From NCBI GenBank assembly GCA_963832965.1, contig CAWHVW010000002.1, forward strand, positions 623,073 to 687,072: a stretch of 64,000 nt of DNA, given 5' to 3'. Each line of letters starts with the position of its first letter. Position 1 is the first letter of the stretch. The notes under the pieces were generated by a model, which had not been told where the DNA came from, did no database searches, and worked only from the letters and a program-made list of their open reading frames with translations. This stretch comes from an uncultured Acidobacteriota bacterium. GTDB lineage: Bacteria; Acidobacteriota; Terriglobia; Bryobacterales; Bryobacteraceae. Shown here in pieces: positions 29,028 to 38,861 of the stretch. A program made the position numbers and the translations under genes.

Positions 29028-32000
29028 GTGGAGTCATTTTGCATGCCAACAAGAGTAACGTTCGCCGATAGTGTTGACGTTGACGGAAACGCCCGTTCGC
29101 GGGCCGGCGAGGTAACCACCGTCCGGGAGCTGATTGACCGGATGGCCGCGACGCAACCCGACGTCGCATTCCTCCTCAGCCCGGAAACGGGACAGGTGCA
29201 CACGTTTCTGGAATTGCGGAGACAGGCGAGAATCATCTGCTCCGGCCTTCTTCAGTCGGGTCTGGAGCAAGGCGACAAAGTCGCCTTTATGCTCGATAAC
29301 GGGCTGTTCACGGCGCAATTGTTCCTGGGGGCGATGTACGGCGGCTTCGTGGTGGTGCCGTTGAATGTCCGCGCCGGCGTAGCGCAATTATCGTTCGTGC
29401 TGGACCACTGCGACGCGAAGGCGGTGTTTGTCGGGGATGCGTACAACGATCTGGCGAAAGACGCCATGGCCGGCGTCCACCATGCCCTGAAGGTGATTCC
29501 CGCGGATGTGGACGGCCTCGGCGAGTTGGCCGCGACGCCGATCGTTTCCGAGTTGCCCGTGCCTGCCCCGGGCGACGAAGCGATGCTGATGTACACGTCG
29601 GGCAGTGTCGGCCAGCCAAAGTCGGCGATTCATACGCATAGCACCGTTATCGCCCACGGCAGAAATTCCATGCGTTCGCACCAGCTCACCTCCACGGATC
29701 GTTCCCTGCTGGTGCTGCCGCTCTATCACATCAACGCGGAGTGCGTGACCCTGGTTCCCACGCTGCTGAGCGGCGGCTCGGTGGTGGTGCCCCATCGCTT
29801 CAGCGTCAGCCAGTTCTGGGACTGGCTGGACGAATACCGCTGCACCTGGTCGGCGGTGGTGCCGACCATCGTTTCGCAACTTCTCGATTGGAAAGATCCT
29901 CGGGAAGGCCAGCGTCAGGAGGCATTCGCGCGCATCCGCTTCCTGCGATCCTCTTCGGCCCCGTTGTCTCCCTCGCAACATCGCGAGTTTCTCGACAAAT
30001 TCGATCTGCTGCTCATTCAGGCCATGGGATCGAGCGAGGCCGGCAACATTTTCTCCAATCCGCAGGCGCCGGGCGAGAACAAAATCGGATCTCCGGGGCT
30101 CGCCTGGGGTTTTGAAACCCGAATCGTCAACCGCGAGGGAGCTGACGTAGCGTCCGGAGAATCCGGCGAAGTGCTCATTCGCGGGGACGCCATGATGCGC
30201 GGTTACTACAAGGATCCCGAAGGCACCGCTGCCGTGCTGGATCAGGACGGCTGGTTTCACACCGGTGACCTCGCCTACCAGGACGGGGACGGCTACTTCT
30301 TTGTCGTCGGCCGCTCCAAGGAACTGATCATCAAAGGCGGAGTCAACATCGCCCCTCGTCAGATCGACGACGTTCTGGAGTCGCATCCGGCCATTCTGGA
30401 GGCGGCGGCGGTAGGCATCCCCGATCGTCATCTGGGGGAGGATCTGGTCGCCTTCGTCGTGTTGCGCGCTGGCGTTCAGGCCAGCGAAGGCGAGTTGCTG
30501 TCCTTCTGCGAGCGCCGCCTGGGGCCGTTTAAAACCCCCACGCGGATTCACTTCGCCAAAGGTCTGCCGAAGGGCCCGTCCGGTAAAGTGCAGCGGCTTC
30601 GCCTCACCGATACGGCGGCACAGCAATCGGCCACTGTCGCGCCGGCCGCGCCTGAAGACGGAAACGTCTCCGCGCCTGACGGTACGGTAAAGATCGACGG
30701 ATTGCCCGATGTCGAGCCCATCATCGCGGCCATCTGGGCGGATCTTCTGGGACAACCCGAGATCGATTCACACACCAATTTCTTCGCGCTGGGCGGGCAC
30801 TCTCTGCTGGCGATCCAATGCCTGTCGCGTCTTCGAGAGAAACTGCCGGTCGGGCTTTCGCTGTCGGATTTCTTCGACCATGGCACTATCGCGCAGTTGG
30901 CGGAACTGGTCAGACAGCGGCTGCATGCGGCTGGCCGCGCCAACGGCAAGGCTTCCGGGGGGCAATCGGCCGCGGGTTCCATTCCGCTCGGACTTCAGCC
31001 GATTGCGCAGCGGGGCCGGGCGAATTCCTGCCCGCTCAGTCCGGGCCAGCGGAGCCTCTGGTTCATGGAGCAGTTGCATCCCGGATTGCCGGTCAATTGC
31101 GAGTCCGAGGCCGTTCGGTTGCGAGGAGACCTTGATGCCGGCGCGCTGGAGCAGGCGCTCAACGCGATTATCGACCGGCACGAAGTCCTGAGATCCACCA
31201 TCCAGGTCATCGACGAGCCGGCGCAGGTGGCCCACCCGCACTGGCCGCTCAAGCTCAAGATCATCGACCTGAGCCAGTTGGATAAGGATCGGCGCGCCGC
31301 CGAAGTCGAGCGCCTGCTGATCGACGAACCGCGCCGCCTGTATCATCTGGAGGCCGAGCCGGGCATCCGCGCGACCCTGCTGCGTCTCGCTCCCCGCGAG
31401 CACGTCTTCATTCTGATGATGCATCACATTGTTTGCGATTGGTCATCGGAAGGCGTCTTGTGGCGGGAGCTGGCTTCCCTGTATCGCAGCTTCCTGCATG
31501 GGGAACCGTCCGCGCTGCCGCCTTTGCCGGTGCAGCACGGAGACTACGCCGCCTGGCGCAGACAGCAGCTTGCGGAGACCGGTTTTCCCGAGGACCTCGC
31601 CTATTGGACGGAGAATCTGCGCGCGGCGCCGAGCCTATTGGAAATGCCCACGGACCGTCCCCGTCCGGGCGCGCTCACTTATCGCGGCGCCCGCAAACGA
31701 TTCCGGCTGGACCCCGCTCTATCCGAAGCGCTGCGCAATTGCAGCCGCCAGGAAAAGACCAGTCTGTTTACCGTTTTCTCCGCCGCGCTGAACGTGCTGC
31801 TTCACCGCTACACCGGCAGCGAAGACATTCTCGTCGGAATTCCCGTCGCCGACCGCGACCGGCCGGAGCTGCAGTCGGTGATCGGCTTTCTGCTGCAGAC
31901 TCATGTTCTGCGCACCAGACTTTCCCCGGAAGAGACGTTTCGCGACCTGCTCGCTCGCGTTCAGAAAAGCGCCCTTGCGCTCTACAGCCACCGGGCCGCG

Positions 32001-34265
32001 CCCTTCGACCAGGTGGTTGGCGCGGTGCAGCCCGAACGCAACCTGAGTTATTCGCCGCTGTTTCAGGTGATGCTCAACTGGCGCGATCGCGAGCAGGAGT
32101 TGTCCTTCATCGGCCTGGAAGGGCTCGAGGTGGAGTCCATGCTGGCCGAAAGCAGAACCTCGAAATTCGATCTCACGCTGCTGATCACCGAAGGATGGGA
32201 CGAGATTCTGGTCGAATTCGAATACAGCACCGACCTCTTCGACGAAGATCGTATGGCGCGCATGTTCGGCCACTATCGGACGCTGCTGGAGGCGGTGGCG
32301 GCCGATCCCGGCCTGCGCGTTCGCGAGTTCCCGCTATTGACCGCCAGCGAACGCCGGCAACTCCTGGAAGTGTGGAACCCGCCGGCCACCGGTTATCCGG
32401 CGGACAAGCCGCTCACGCAGTTGCTGGAAGAGCAGGTGGAGCGCACGCCGCACGCCACCGCGGTGGAGTTCGATGGCCGGCAATTAACGTATTCCGAGTT
32501 GAACGAGCGCAGCACTCAGTTTGCCCGGCACCTGCGAACCCTCGGCGTCGGCCCCGAAGTCCTGGCGGCCGTTTATATCGAACGTTCGCTCGAAATGGTG
32601 ATCGCCTTACTGGGGATTCTCAAGGCCGGAGGCGCTTACCTGCCCGTCGACCTGGCTTTCCCCCGCGAGCGCATCGCATTTATGCTCGACGATGCCCAGC
32701 CTCGGGTGTTGGTAACGGTCACGAAGCTGCTGGCGGATCTTCCGCCAAACCAATCCCAGGTGGTCTGCGTCGATGACTTTCCGGCTGGGAGAGACGAGCC
32801 GGCGTCCCGGCCGTCCGAGTCTCGCGATCTCGCTTACCTGCTTTACACCTCCGGTTCCACGGGGAAGCCCAAGGGCGTTGAAATCTGCCATCGGGCGCTG
32901 GTCAACTTCCTGCATTCCATGCGCGCCACCCCGGGTATGGACGCGCGCGACACGCTGCTCTCGGTCACCTCGCTGTCCTTCGACATCTTTGGACTGGAGA
33001 TCTGGCTGCCGCTGACCGTGGGGGCCAAAGTGGTGATCGTGCCGCCGGAAGTGGCCAAGGATGGACGGGAACTCGCGGCGGCGATTGAGCGGTGCGGTGC
33101 AACGGTAATGCAAGCCACTCCGGCCACCTGGCGGTTGTTGCTCGATGCCGGATGGGAAGGCCGTCCCAACCTGAAAATCCTCTGCGGCGGTGAGGCTTGG
33201 CCGCCCCAGCTGGCCGAGCAGTTGCAGCCCAGGTGCGCCTCTCTGTGGAACATGTACGGGCCTACCGAGACCACCATCTGGTCGGCGGTTCACCGGGTAG
33301 AGACGGGGAAGCCGATTCTGGTGGGACGTCCCATCGCCAACACCCGCTTCTACGTCGTGGACGCGCACATGCAACCGGCGCCGGCCGGAGTCCCTGGTGA
33401 ATTGTTGATCGGGGGCGACGGGCTGGCACGCGGTTACTGGAACCGTCCGGAACTGACCGCCGAAAAGTTCATTCCCGATCCTTTCAGCCCGGACGCCGCA
33501 GCGCGTCTGTACCGCACCGGCGACCTGGTGCGCTATCTCGCGGATGGCAACGTGGAATTCCTGGGGCGCATCGATCACCAGGTAAAGCTTCGCGGTTTTC
33601 GGATTGAGCTGGGAGAGATTGAGAGCGTGTTGCGCAGCCACCCGGGCGTGAAGGAAGCAGTCGCGGCGGTTCCCGCCGAGGCCGAGAAGCGGCTGGTGGC
33701 GTATGTGGTGTTGGCGGGGGAGCCGGCCTGCACCAGCGCCGAATTGCGGGATTACCTCCGGCGGAAACTGCCCGATTATATGGTTCCGGCGGCTTTCGTC
33801 AGCATGAAGGCGTTGCCGTTGACTCCGAACGGCAAAGTAGATCGCAAAGCTCTTCCGCTTCCAGGAGCGGACACCGCGGCAGAGCTGAGCGGCGCGTACG
33901 TGGCCCCGGACAGCGATGCCGAACAGAAGATCGCCGCTATCTGGAAAGAAGTGCTGGGAGTGGCCAGAGTCGGCAGAAACAATAACTTCTTTGACCTCGG
34001 CGGAACTTCTCTCTTGTTGATGGGAGTGCACAGCCGCTTGCGGCAAGCCTTCGGCAATGACATCACCATGGTGGATTTGTTCCGGCACACCACCGTTCGA
34101 GCGCTCGCGCAGCACCTGCTGGGCCAGGCGGAATCGAGTGCGCCGGACAAGGTCGAAACGCAAAGTGAGATGCGCAAAGAGCTGGCCCGCCGCAATCGCC
34201 AGTTGCGCCGGCGCCAGGGAAAAGAATTGGTAGCGGAGTCTTCTGAGCGTGCACCAGGAAACTGA
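29028..34265 (+). CDS. Hybrid loading/NRPS protein: acyl-AMP ligase - T - C - A(Gly) - T
   Basis: 1745 aa. Ligase MYTSGSVGQPKSAIHTH..GWFHTGDLAY. T1 FFALGGHSLL (Ser codon 30801..30803). C domain HHIVCD (31422..31439). A domain LYTSGSTGKPKGV, FDIFGLE, NMYGPTETT, QVKLRG. T2 FFDLGGTSLL (Ser 34008..34010). Hand-derived specificity code D-I-L-Q-L-G-M-I-W-K. Confidence 0.9.
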   Translation: MESFCMPTRVTFADSVDVDGNARSRAGEVTTVRELIDRMAATQPDVAFLLSPETGQVHTFLELRRQARIICSGLLQSGLEQGDKVAFMLDNGLFTAQLFLGAMYGGFVVVPLNVRAGVAQLSFVLDHCDAKAVFVGDAYNDLAKDAMAGVHHALKVIPADVDGLGELAATPIVSELPVPAPGDEAMLMYTSGSVGQPKSAIHTHSTVIAHGRNSMRSHQLTSTDRSLLVLPLYHINAECVTLVPTLLSGGSVVVPHRFSVSQFWDWLDEYRCTWSAVVPTIVSQLLDWKDPREGQRQEAFARIRFLRSSSAPLSPSQHREFLDKFDLLLIQAMGSSEAGNIFSNPQAPGENKIGSPGLAWGFETRIVNREGADVASGESGEVLIRGDAMMRGYYKDPEGTAAVLDQDGWFHTGDLAYQDGDGYFFVVGRSKELIIKGGVNIAPRQIDDVLESHPAILEAAAVGIPDRHLGEDLVAFVVLRAGVQASEGELLSFCERRLGPFKTPTRIHFAKGLPKGPSGKVQRLRLTDTAAQQSATVAPAAPEDGNVSAPDGTVKIDGLPDVEPIIAAIWADLLGQPEIDSHTNFFALGGHSLLAIQCLSRLREKLPVGLSLSDFFDHGTIAQLAELVRQRLHAAGRANGKASGGQSAAGSIPLGLQPIAQRGRANSCPLSPGQRSLWFMEQLHPGLPVNCESEAVRLRGDLDAGALEQALNAIIDRHEVLRSTIQVIDEPAQVAHPHWPLKLKIIDLSQLDKDRRAAEVERLLIDEPRRLYHLEAEPGIRATLLRLAPREHVFILMMHHIVCDWSSEGVLWRELASLYRSFLHGEPSALPPLPVQHGDYAAWRRQQLAETGFPEDLAYWTENLRAAPSLLEMPTDRPRPGALTYRGARKRFRLDPALSEALRNCSRQEKTSLFTVFSAALNVLLHRYTGSEDILVGIPVADRDRPELQSVIGFLLQTHVLRTRLSPEETFRDLLARVQKSALALYSHRAAPFDQVVGAVQPERNLSYSPLFQVMLNWRDREQELSFIGLEGLEVESMLAESRTSKFDLTLLITEGWDEILVEFEYSTDLFDEDRMARMFGHYRTLLEAVAADPGLRVREFPLLTASERRQLLEVWNPPATGYPADKPLTQLLEEQVERTPHATAVEFDGRQLTYSELNERSTQFARHLRTLGVGPEVLAAVYIERSLEMVIALLGILKAGGAYLPVDLAFPRERIAFMLDDAQPRVLVTVTKLLADLPPNQSQVVCVDDFPAGRDEPASRPSESRDLAYLLYTSGSTGKPKGVEICHRALVNFLHSMRATPGMDARDTLLSVTSLSFDIFGLEIWLPLTVGAKVVIVPPEVAKDGRELAAAIERCGATVMQATPATWRLLLDAGWEGRPNLKILCGGEAWPPQLAEQLQPRCASLWNMYGPTETTIWSAVHRVETGKPILVGRPIANTRFYVVDAHMQPAPAGVPGELLIGGDGLARGYWNRPELTAEKFIPDPFSPDAAARLYRTGDLVRYLADGNVEFLGRIDHQVKLRGFRIELGEIESVLRSHPGVKEAVAAVPAEAEKRLVAYVVLAGEPACTSAELRDYLRRKLPDYMVPAAFVSMKALPLTPNGKVDRKALPLPGADTAAELSGAYVAPDSDAEQKIAAIWKEVLGVARVGRNNNFFDLGGTSLLLMGVHSRLRQAFGNDITMVDLFRHTTVRALAQHLLGQAESSAPDKVETQSEMRKELARRNRQLRRRQGKELVAESSERAPGN

Positions 34266-37200
34266 CCAGCTCGACAGAATTGCCGTGATCGGCATGGCCG
34301 GGCGCTTTCCGGGCGCTCCCGACGTCGATCGCTTCTGGCAGAACCTGTCTGCCGGCGTGGAGTCTGTCACCACGCTCACGGATGAGCAATTGCTGTCTTC
34401 CGGCGTGGAACCGAGCCTGGTTCAGTCGCCGAACTACGTCAAAGCGGGCTTGCCGCTGGACGGCGCGGAGTTCTTCGACGCCGAATTCTTTGGCTATACG
34501 CCGCGCGAGGCGGAGCTGACGGATCCGCAACACCGCGTGTTTCTGGAGTGCGCGTGGCAGGCTATGGAAGATGCCGGCTATGACCCGGACCGGACCCCGC
34601 TGAGAATCGGAGTGTACGCGGGCGCGGGCACGAATTCATACTTCCAGAACAACCTCGCCGGTGATCCGCATCTGATGAAGTCGTTGAACCTTCTTCAACG
34701 GTTGATGGTAACCGACAACGACTATCTGTCCACGCGCGTCTCCTATAAGCTGAACCTCAAGGGACCCGGCCTGACCGTGCAGACGGCGTGTTCCACCTCG
34801 CTGGTGGCCACTCATCTCGCCTGCCAGAGCCTGCTCAATGGAGAGTGTGACATCGCCCTGGCCGGAGGCGTTTCGGTCCGCTTTCCACAGACCGCGGGCT
34901 ACCTGTACCAGGAAGGTTCGCCATTATCGGCCGATGGCCGATGCCGCGCTTTCGACGCTTCCGCGCAAGGCATGATGCCCGGCAGCGGAGCTGGCGTGGT
35001 CGTTCTCAAGCGGCTCGCCGACGCGCTGAGGGATGGAGATTCCGTGCGCGCCGTGATCCTCGGGTCGGCCATCAATAACGATGGCGCCGCCAAAATCGGC
35101 TACACCGCGCCCAGTGTCGATGGCCAGGCGGGCGCCATTGAGGAAGCTCAGGCGCTGGCCGGCGTCAGCGCCGATGAGATCACCTACATCGAAGCTCATG
35201 GCACCGGCACCGTTTTGGGCGACCCCATTGAGATCGCGGGCCTGACCAAGGCGTTTCGCAGAAGCAGCCAGGAGCGTGGTTCATGCGCCATCGGCTCGGT
35301 CAAAACCAACATTGGTCACCTGGGCGCCGCGGCGGGCATCGCCGGGTTCATCAAGGTGGTGCTGGCGCTGCAGAAACGGATGCTCCCGCCGAGCCTGAAT
35401 TTCAAGCGCCCCAATCCCGCCATCGATTTTGCCAACAGTCCCTTTTTCGTGCAGCAGACGCTGGAAGCCTGGCGGCCGGCGAATGAACGGCGGGTTGCTG
35501 GCATCAGCTCCTTCGGTATTGGCGGAACGAACGCCCATGCGGTCCTCGAAGAGGCGCCGGCTACTGAAAGTTCCGGGCCGTCGAGGCCGTGGCAGCTCCT
35601 GTTGTTGTCGGCTCGCACCAATACGGCGCTGGATGCGGCGACCAGGAACCTCGCTGCGCGCCTGCGGGACGACCCTTCCGTGAGCCTCGCCGATGTTGCC
35701 TACACGCTGCAGACCGGCCGCAAGGGTTTTCACCGCCGGCGCATGCTGGTGTGCCACGGCCGCGAGGATGCCATTGCCGCGCTGGAGTCCCTGGATCCGA
35801 GGCGAGTCTCGACACAATCTCAGGAGCCGGACGAAAGAGACGTCGTGTTCATGTTTCCTGGCCAGGGCGCCCAGTACGCCAACATGAGCCTGGAGCTATA
35901 CCGGACGGAATCGGAGTTTCAGGAACACGTCGATCGTTGTTGCGAATCGCTAAAGCCTCATCTTTCCCTCGATCTGCGGGACATCCTGTATCCGGGCGAC
36001 CAGCAGGTCGAGAGCGCTTCGCAGACGCTGAAGCAGACCCGGATCGCTCAGCCGGCTCTTTTCGTCATCGAATACGCCCTGGCAAAACTCCTGATGTCAT
36101 GGGGTGTGAAACCGGCCGCCATGGTGGGCCACAGCATCGGAGAATATGTAGCGGCCTGTCTCGCCGGAGTGTTCTCTCTCGAAGACGCCTTGTCCCTGGT
36201 GGCTGCCCGAGGCCGCCTGATGCAGAGCCTGCCCGAAGGTTCCATGCTGGCCGTTTCCCTTTCGGAGGAAGCGATCGCGCCGCTGTTAAATGGAAAGCTT
36301 TCCGTCGCCGCGGTGAACAGTCCCTCCCTGTGCGTCGTTTCGGGAGAAATGGAGGCCGTCAGCGATCTGCAGCGGGCGCTGTCGGCAAGGGACGTGGCCT
36401 GCACCCTGCTGCATACTTCGCACGCGTTCCATTCGAAGATGATGGATCCCATCCTGGTCAGCTTCACTCAGGAAGTAGAGCGGGCGGCCATTCATCCTCC
36501 GAAGATTCCGATTCTTTCCAGCGTCACCGGCGCCTGGATACAACCCGCCGAGATGGCCACGCCGGGTTATTGGGCCAGAAACCTGCGCCAGACTGTACGC
36601 TTCTCCGATTGCGTTCGCGAGCTGATGAACGATCCCGCCAGAGTCCTGCTGGAGGTCGGCCCTGGTACGACGCTGGGCACACTGGCCAAACAGCATCCGG
36701 GTGAAGCGGGCAAGCCCATTGTCCTGTCCACCATCCGCCATCCTCGCGAGCAGACCTCGGATGTCGCATTCCTCCTGAACACGCTGGGACGGCTCTGGCT
36801 TGCCAACATAGATATAGACTGGTCCGGATTTTATAAGAACGAAAGCCGCCATCGCATCTCCTTGCCCGCGTATCCCTTCGAACGGCAGCGCTACTGTATC
36901 GAGCCGTCGCCACAGGCGCATGCCACCGGGGCAGCCCCTCGGCTGCCGGCAAGAAAGTCCGACATCGCCGACTGGTTCTACGTCCCTTCATGGAAGCGAG
37001 CGGAACTTCCCGAACAAGGCGGCAGCGGCAAATCGCCGGGCCATACATTACTATTCCTCGACGACGGCGGATTTGGCCTCGGCCTGGCTGCGCTCCTGCA
37101 AGCCGCCGGACAGCGCGTCACGGTCGTCCAGCCGGCAACAGCATTCCGGCGCCATGGTGAGGACTCCTTCACCGTCAATCCCGGCGCGACGGAAGACTAT

Positions 37201-38838
37201 GATGCGTTGTGGGGCGAACTCGGAGCGGGTGGGCAATCGCCGGACACCATTGTTCATCTGTGGTCTCTCACCGGGGAAGAGAAGCCGTCGATCGCCCAAT
37301 CCTGGGAGCTTTTCCGCAAAGTCGGATTTAACAGTCTGCTGTTTCTGACTCAGGCCATTGGCAAGCATCCTACCCGCGGAGTCGTCCAAATCAAGGTCAT
37401 ATCCAACCGTCTCCACGCAGTGACCGGCGATGAAGTCCTGTCTCCCGCCAAGGCAATCCTTCTTGGTCCGTGCCGGGTCATTCCGCAGGAACATCCCAAT
37501 ATCCAGTGCACCAGCGTCGATCTGGGAGAAAGCCGGCCGGTCGACGAATATGCCTCATTGCTTGCGAAGGAGCTGAACGCCAGAACGACGGATGCCGTTG
37601 TCGCCTACCGTGGTACGCATCGCTGGGTACCGGCGTTCGAACACGCGAAGTTAAGCAAGAGCGACAGCTTCAAACCACGCCTGAGAGAACAAGGCGTCTA
37701 TCTCATCACCGGTGGCCTCGGCGGCATTGGTCTGGTGCTGGCGGAATACCTCGCCGAATCGGCGCACGCGCGGCTCGTTCTGATTTCGCGAACCGGCCTG
37801 CCGGACCGGGAACAATGGCCGCACTGGCTGGAGACGCACGGCGACAAGGATGACGTAAGTCAAAAGATTCGCAAGGTGCAGTCGATCGAGCGGCACGGCG
37901 CAACGGTGCTCATCCTCAAGGCCGATGTTGCCGACAACAATCAGATGAAGGCGGCGATCGCGCAGGCGCATGATCGGTTCGGAGAGATTCATGGTGTGAT
38001 CCACGCCGCCGGCACGGCCAGCTTCGGCACAATACGGCAGAAAGACCCCGCGGCCGCGGCAAGCGTCATGGCGCCGAAGGTGCTGGGGACCGCGGTGCTC
38101 GCTGAGCTGCTTGGCGGGACGAAACTGGATTGGTTCGTCCTCTGCTCCTCTCTCGCGGCGGATTTGGGCGGTATCGGGCGGGTCGATTATTCCTCCGCCA
38201 ATGCCTTTCTGAATGCGTACGCGCAGAAGTATCACTCGGAACAGAATGTCATTGCAATCAACTGGTGCGCCTGGCAGGAAGTTGGGATGGCCCTCAGCAC
38301 AGCGGTGCCGGCGGAGCTTCAGGAACAGAGAGAACGGAATCTGCTTCTGGGAATTGTCCCCGAACAAGGGAAGGAAGCGTTTGCCAGAATTATCGGCAGG
38401 TCTCATCCCCAGGTTCTGGTTTCGTTGCAGGACCTCACCGGGTTAGCGCCGGAGCGCGATGAGGGTGCTGCAGTCCAGGAGACGAAGCCTCCCGCGGCTA
38501 AGCCGGCCCACCCGCGTCCCGACCTCTCCAGCGACTATGTCGTTCCCGGAAACGCCACCGAGCAGACCATCGCCGATATCTGGCAGGAGCTTCTCGGCGT
38601 GGCCAATGTCGGTATCCACGACAACTTTTTCGAGTTAGGCGGACACTCCTTGCTGGCAACCGGGCTGGTGGCCCGCTTGAAGAGCGAACTGCCCATCGAG
38701 CTCTCCATGGCCAGCCTTTTCGAAAACCCCACCGTGCATTTGCTTAGCGAGATGGTGCTGCAGGCGGGGCGCGAAGAACCGTCATTCGACCAGAGCCGCA
38801 GCCGGGGACAGATGCGCAAACAGCGCCTCCGCGGATAA
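34249..38838 (+). CDS. Type I PKS module: KS-AT(malonyl)-KR-ACP
   Basis: 1529 aa. KS TACSTSL (Cys 34789..34791), EAHGTGT, NIGHLG. AT FPGQGAQY, GHSIGEY (Ser 36133..36135), HAFHS. KR YLITGGLGGIGL, YSSANAF. ACP LGGHSLL (Ser 38647..38649). GTG start overlaps the NRPS end by 17 nt. Confidence 0.9.
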   Translation: MHQETDQLDRIAVIGMAGRFPGAPDVDRFWQNLSAGVESVTTLTDEQLLSSGVEPSLVQSPNYVKAGLPLDGAEFFDAEFFGYTPREAELTDPQHRVFLECAWQAMEDAGYDPDRTPLRIGVYAGAGTNSYFQNNLAGDPHLMKSLNLLQRLMVTDNDYLSTRVSYKLNLKGPGLTVQTACSTSLVATHLACQSLLNGECDIALAGGVSVRFPQTAGYLYQEGSPLSADGRCRAFDASAQGMMPGSGAGVVVLKRLADALRDGDSVRAVILGSAINNDGAAKIGYTAPSVDGQAGAIEEAQALAGVSADEITYIEAHGTGTVLGDPIEIAGLTKAFRRSSQERGSCAIGSVKTNIGHLGAAAGIAGFIKVVLALQKRMLPPSLNFKRPNPAIDFANSPFFVQQTLEAWRPANERRVAGISSFGIGGTNAHAVLEEAPATESSGPSRPWQLLLLSARTNTALDAATRNLAARLRDDPSVSLADVAYTLQTGRKGFHRRRMLVCHGREDAIAALESLDPRRVSTQSQEPDERDVVFMFPGQGAQYANMSLELYRTESEFQEHVDRCCESLKPHLSLDLRDILYPGDQQVESASQTLKQTRIAQPALFVIEYALAKLLMSWGVKPAAMVGHSIGEYVAACLAGVFSLEDALSLVAARGRLMQSLPEGSMLAVSLSEEAIAPLLNGKLSVAAVNSPSLCVVSGEMEAVSDLQRALSARDVACTLLHTSHAFHSKMMDPILVSFTQEVERAAIHPPKIPILSSVTGAWIQPAEMATPGYWARNLRQTVRFSDCVRELMNDPARVLLEVGPGTTLGTLAKQHPGEAGKPIVLSTIRHPREQTSDVAFLLNTLGRLWLANIDIDWSGFYKNESRHRISLPAYPFERQRYCIEPSPQAHATGAAPRLPARKSDIADWFYVPSWKRAELPEQGGSGKSPGHTLLFLDDGGFGLGLAALLQAAGQRVTVVQPATAFRRHGEDSFTVNPGATEDYDALWGELGAGGQSPDTIVHLWSLTGEEKPSIAQSWELFRKVGFNSLLFLTQAIGKHPTRGVVQIKVISNRLHAVTGDEVLSPAKAILLGPCRVIPQEHPNIQCTSVDLGESRPVDEYASLLAKELNARTTDAVVAYRGTHRWVPAFEHAKLSKSDSFKPRLREQGVYLITGGLGGIGLVLAEYLAESAHARLVLISRTGLPDREQWPHWLETHGDKDDVSQKIRKVQSIERHGATVLILKADVADNNQMKAAIAQAHDRFGEIHGVIHAAGTASFGTIRQKDPAAAASVMAPKVLGTAVLAELLGGTKLDWFVLCSSLAADLGGIGRVDYSSANAFLNAYAQKYHSEQNVIAINWCAWQEVGMALSTAVPAELQEQRERNLLLGIVPEQGKEAFARIIGRSHPQVLVSLQDLTGLAPERDEGAAVQETKPPAAKPAHPRPDLSSDYVVPGNATEQTIADIWQELLGVANVGIHDNFFELGGHSLLATGLVARLKSELPIELSMASLFENPTVHLLSEMVLQAGREEPSFDQSRSRGQMRKQRLRG

Positions 38839-38861
38839 CCGGCGGGAAACAGGCAAGCGCC

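Noticed and set aside
30407-30414. A second exact GGCGGTAG (ops core).
   Set aside because: It lies inside the NRPS coding sequence (codons for A-A-V-G). From base composition a few chance copies per window are expected. It serves as a caution for the leader copy at 3761.
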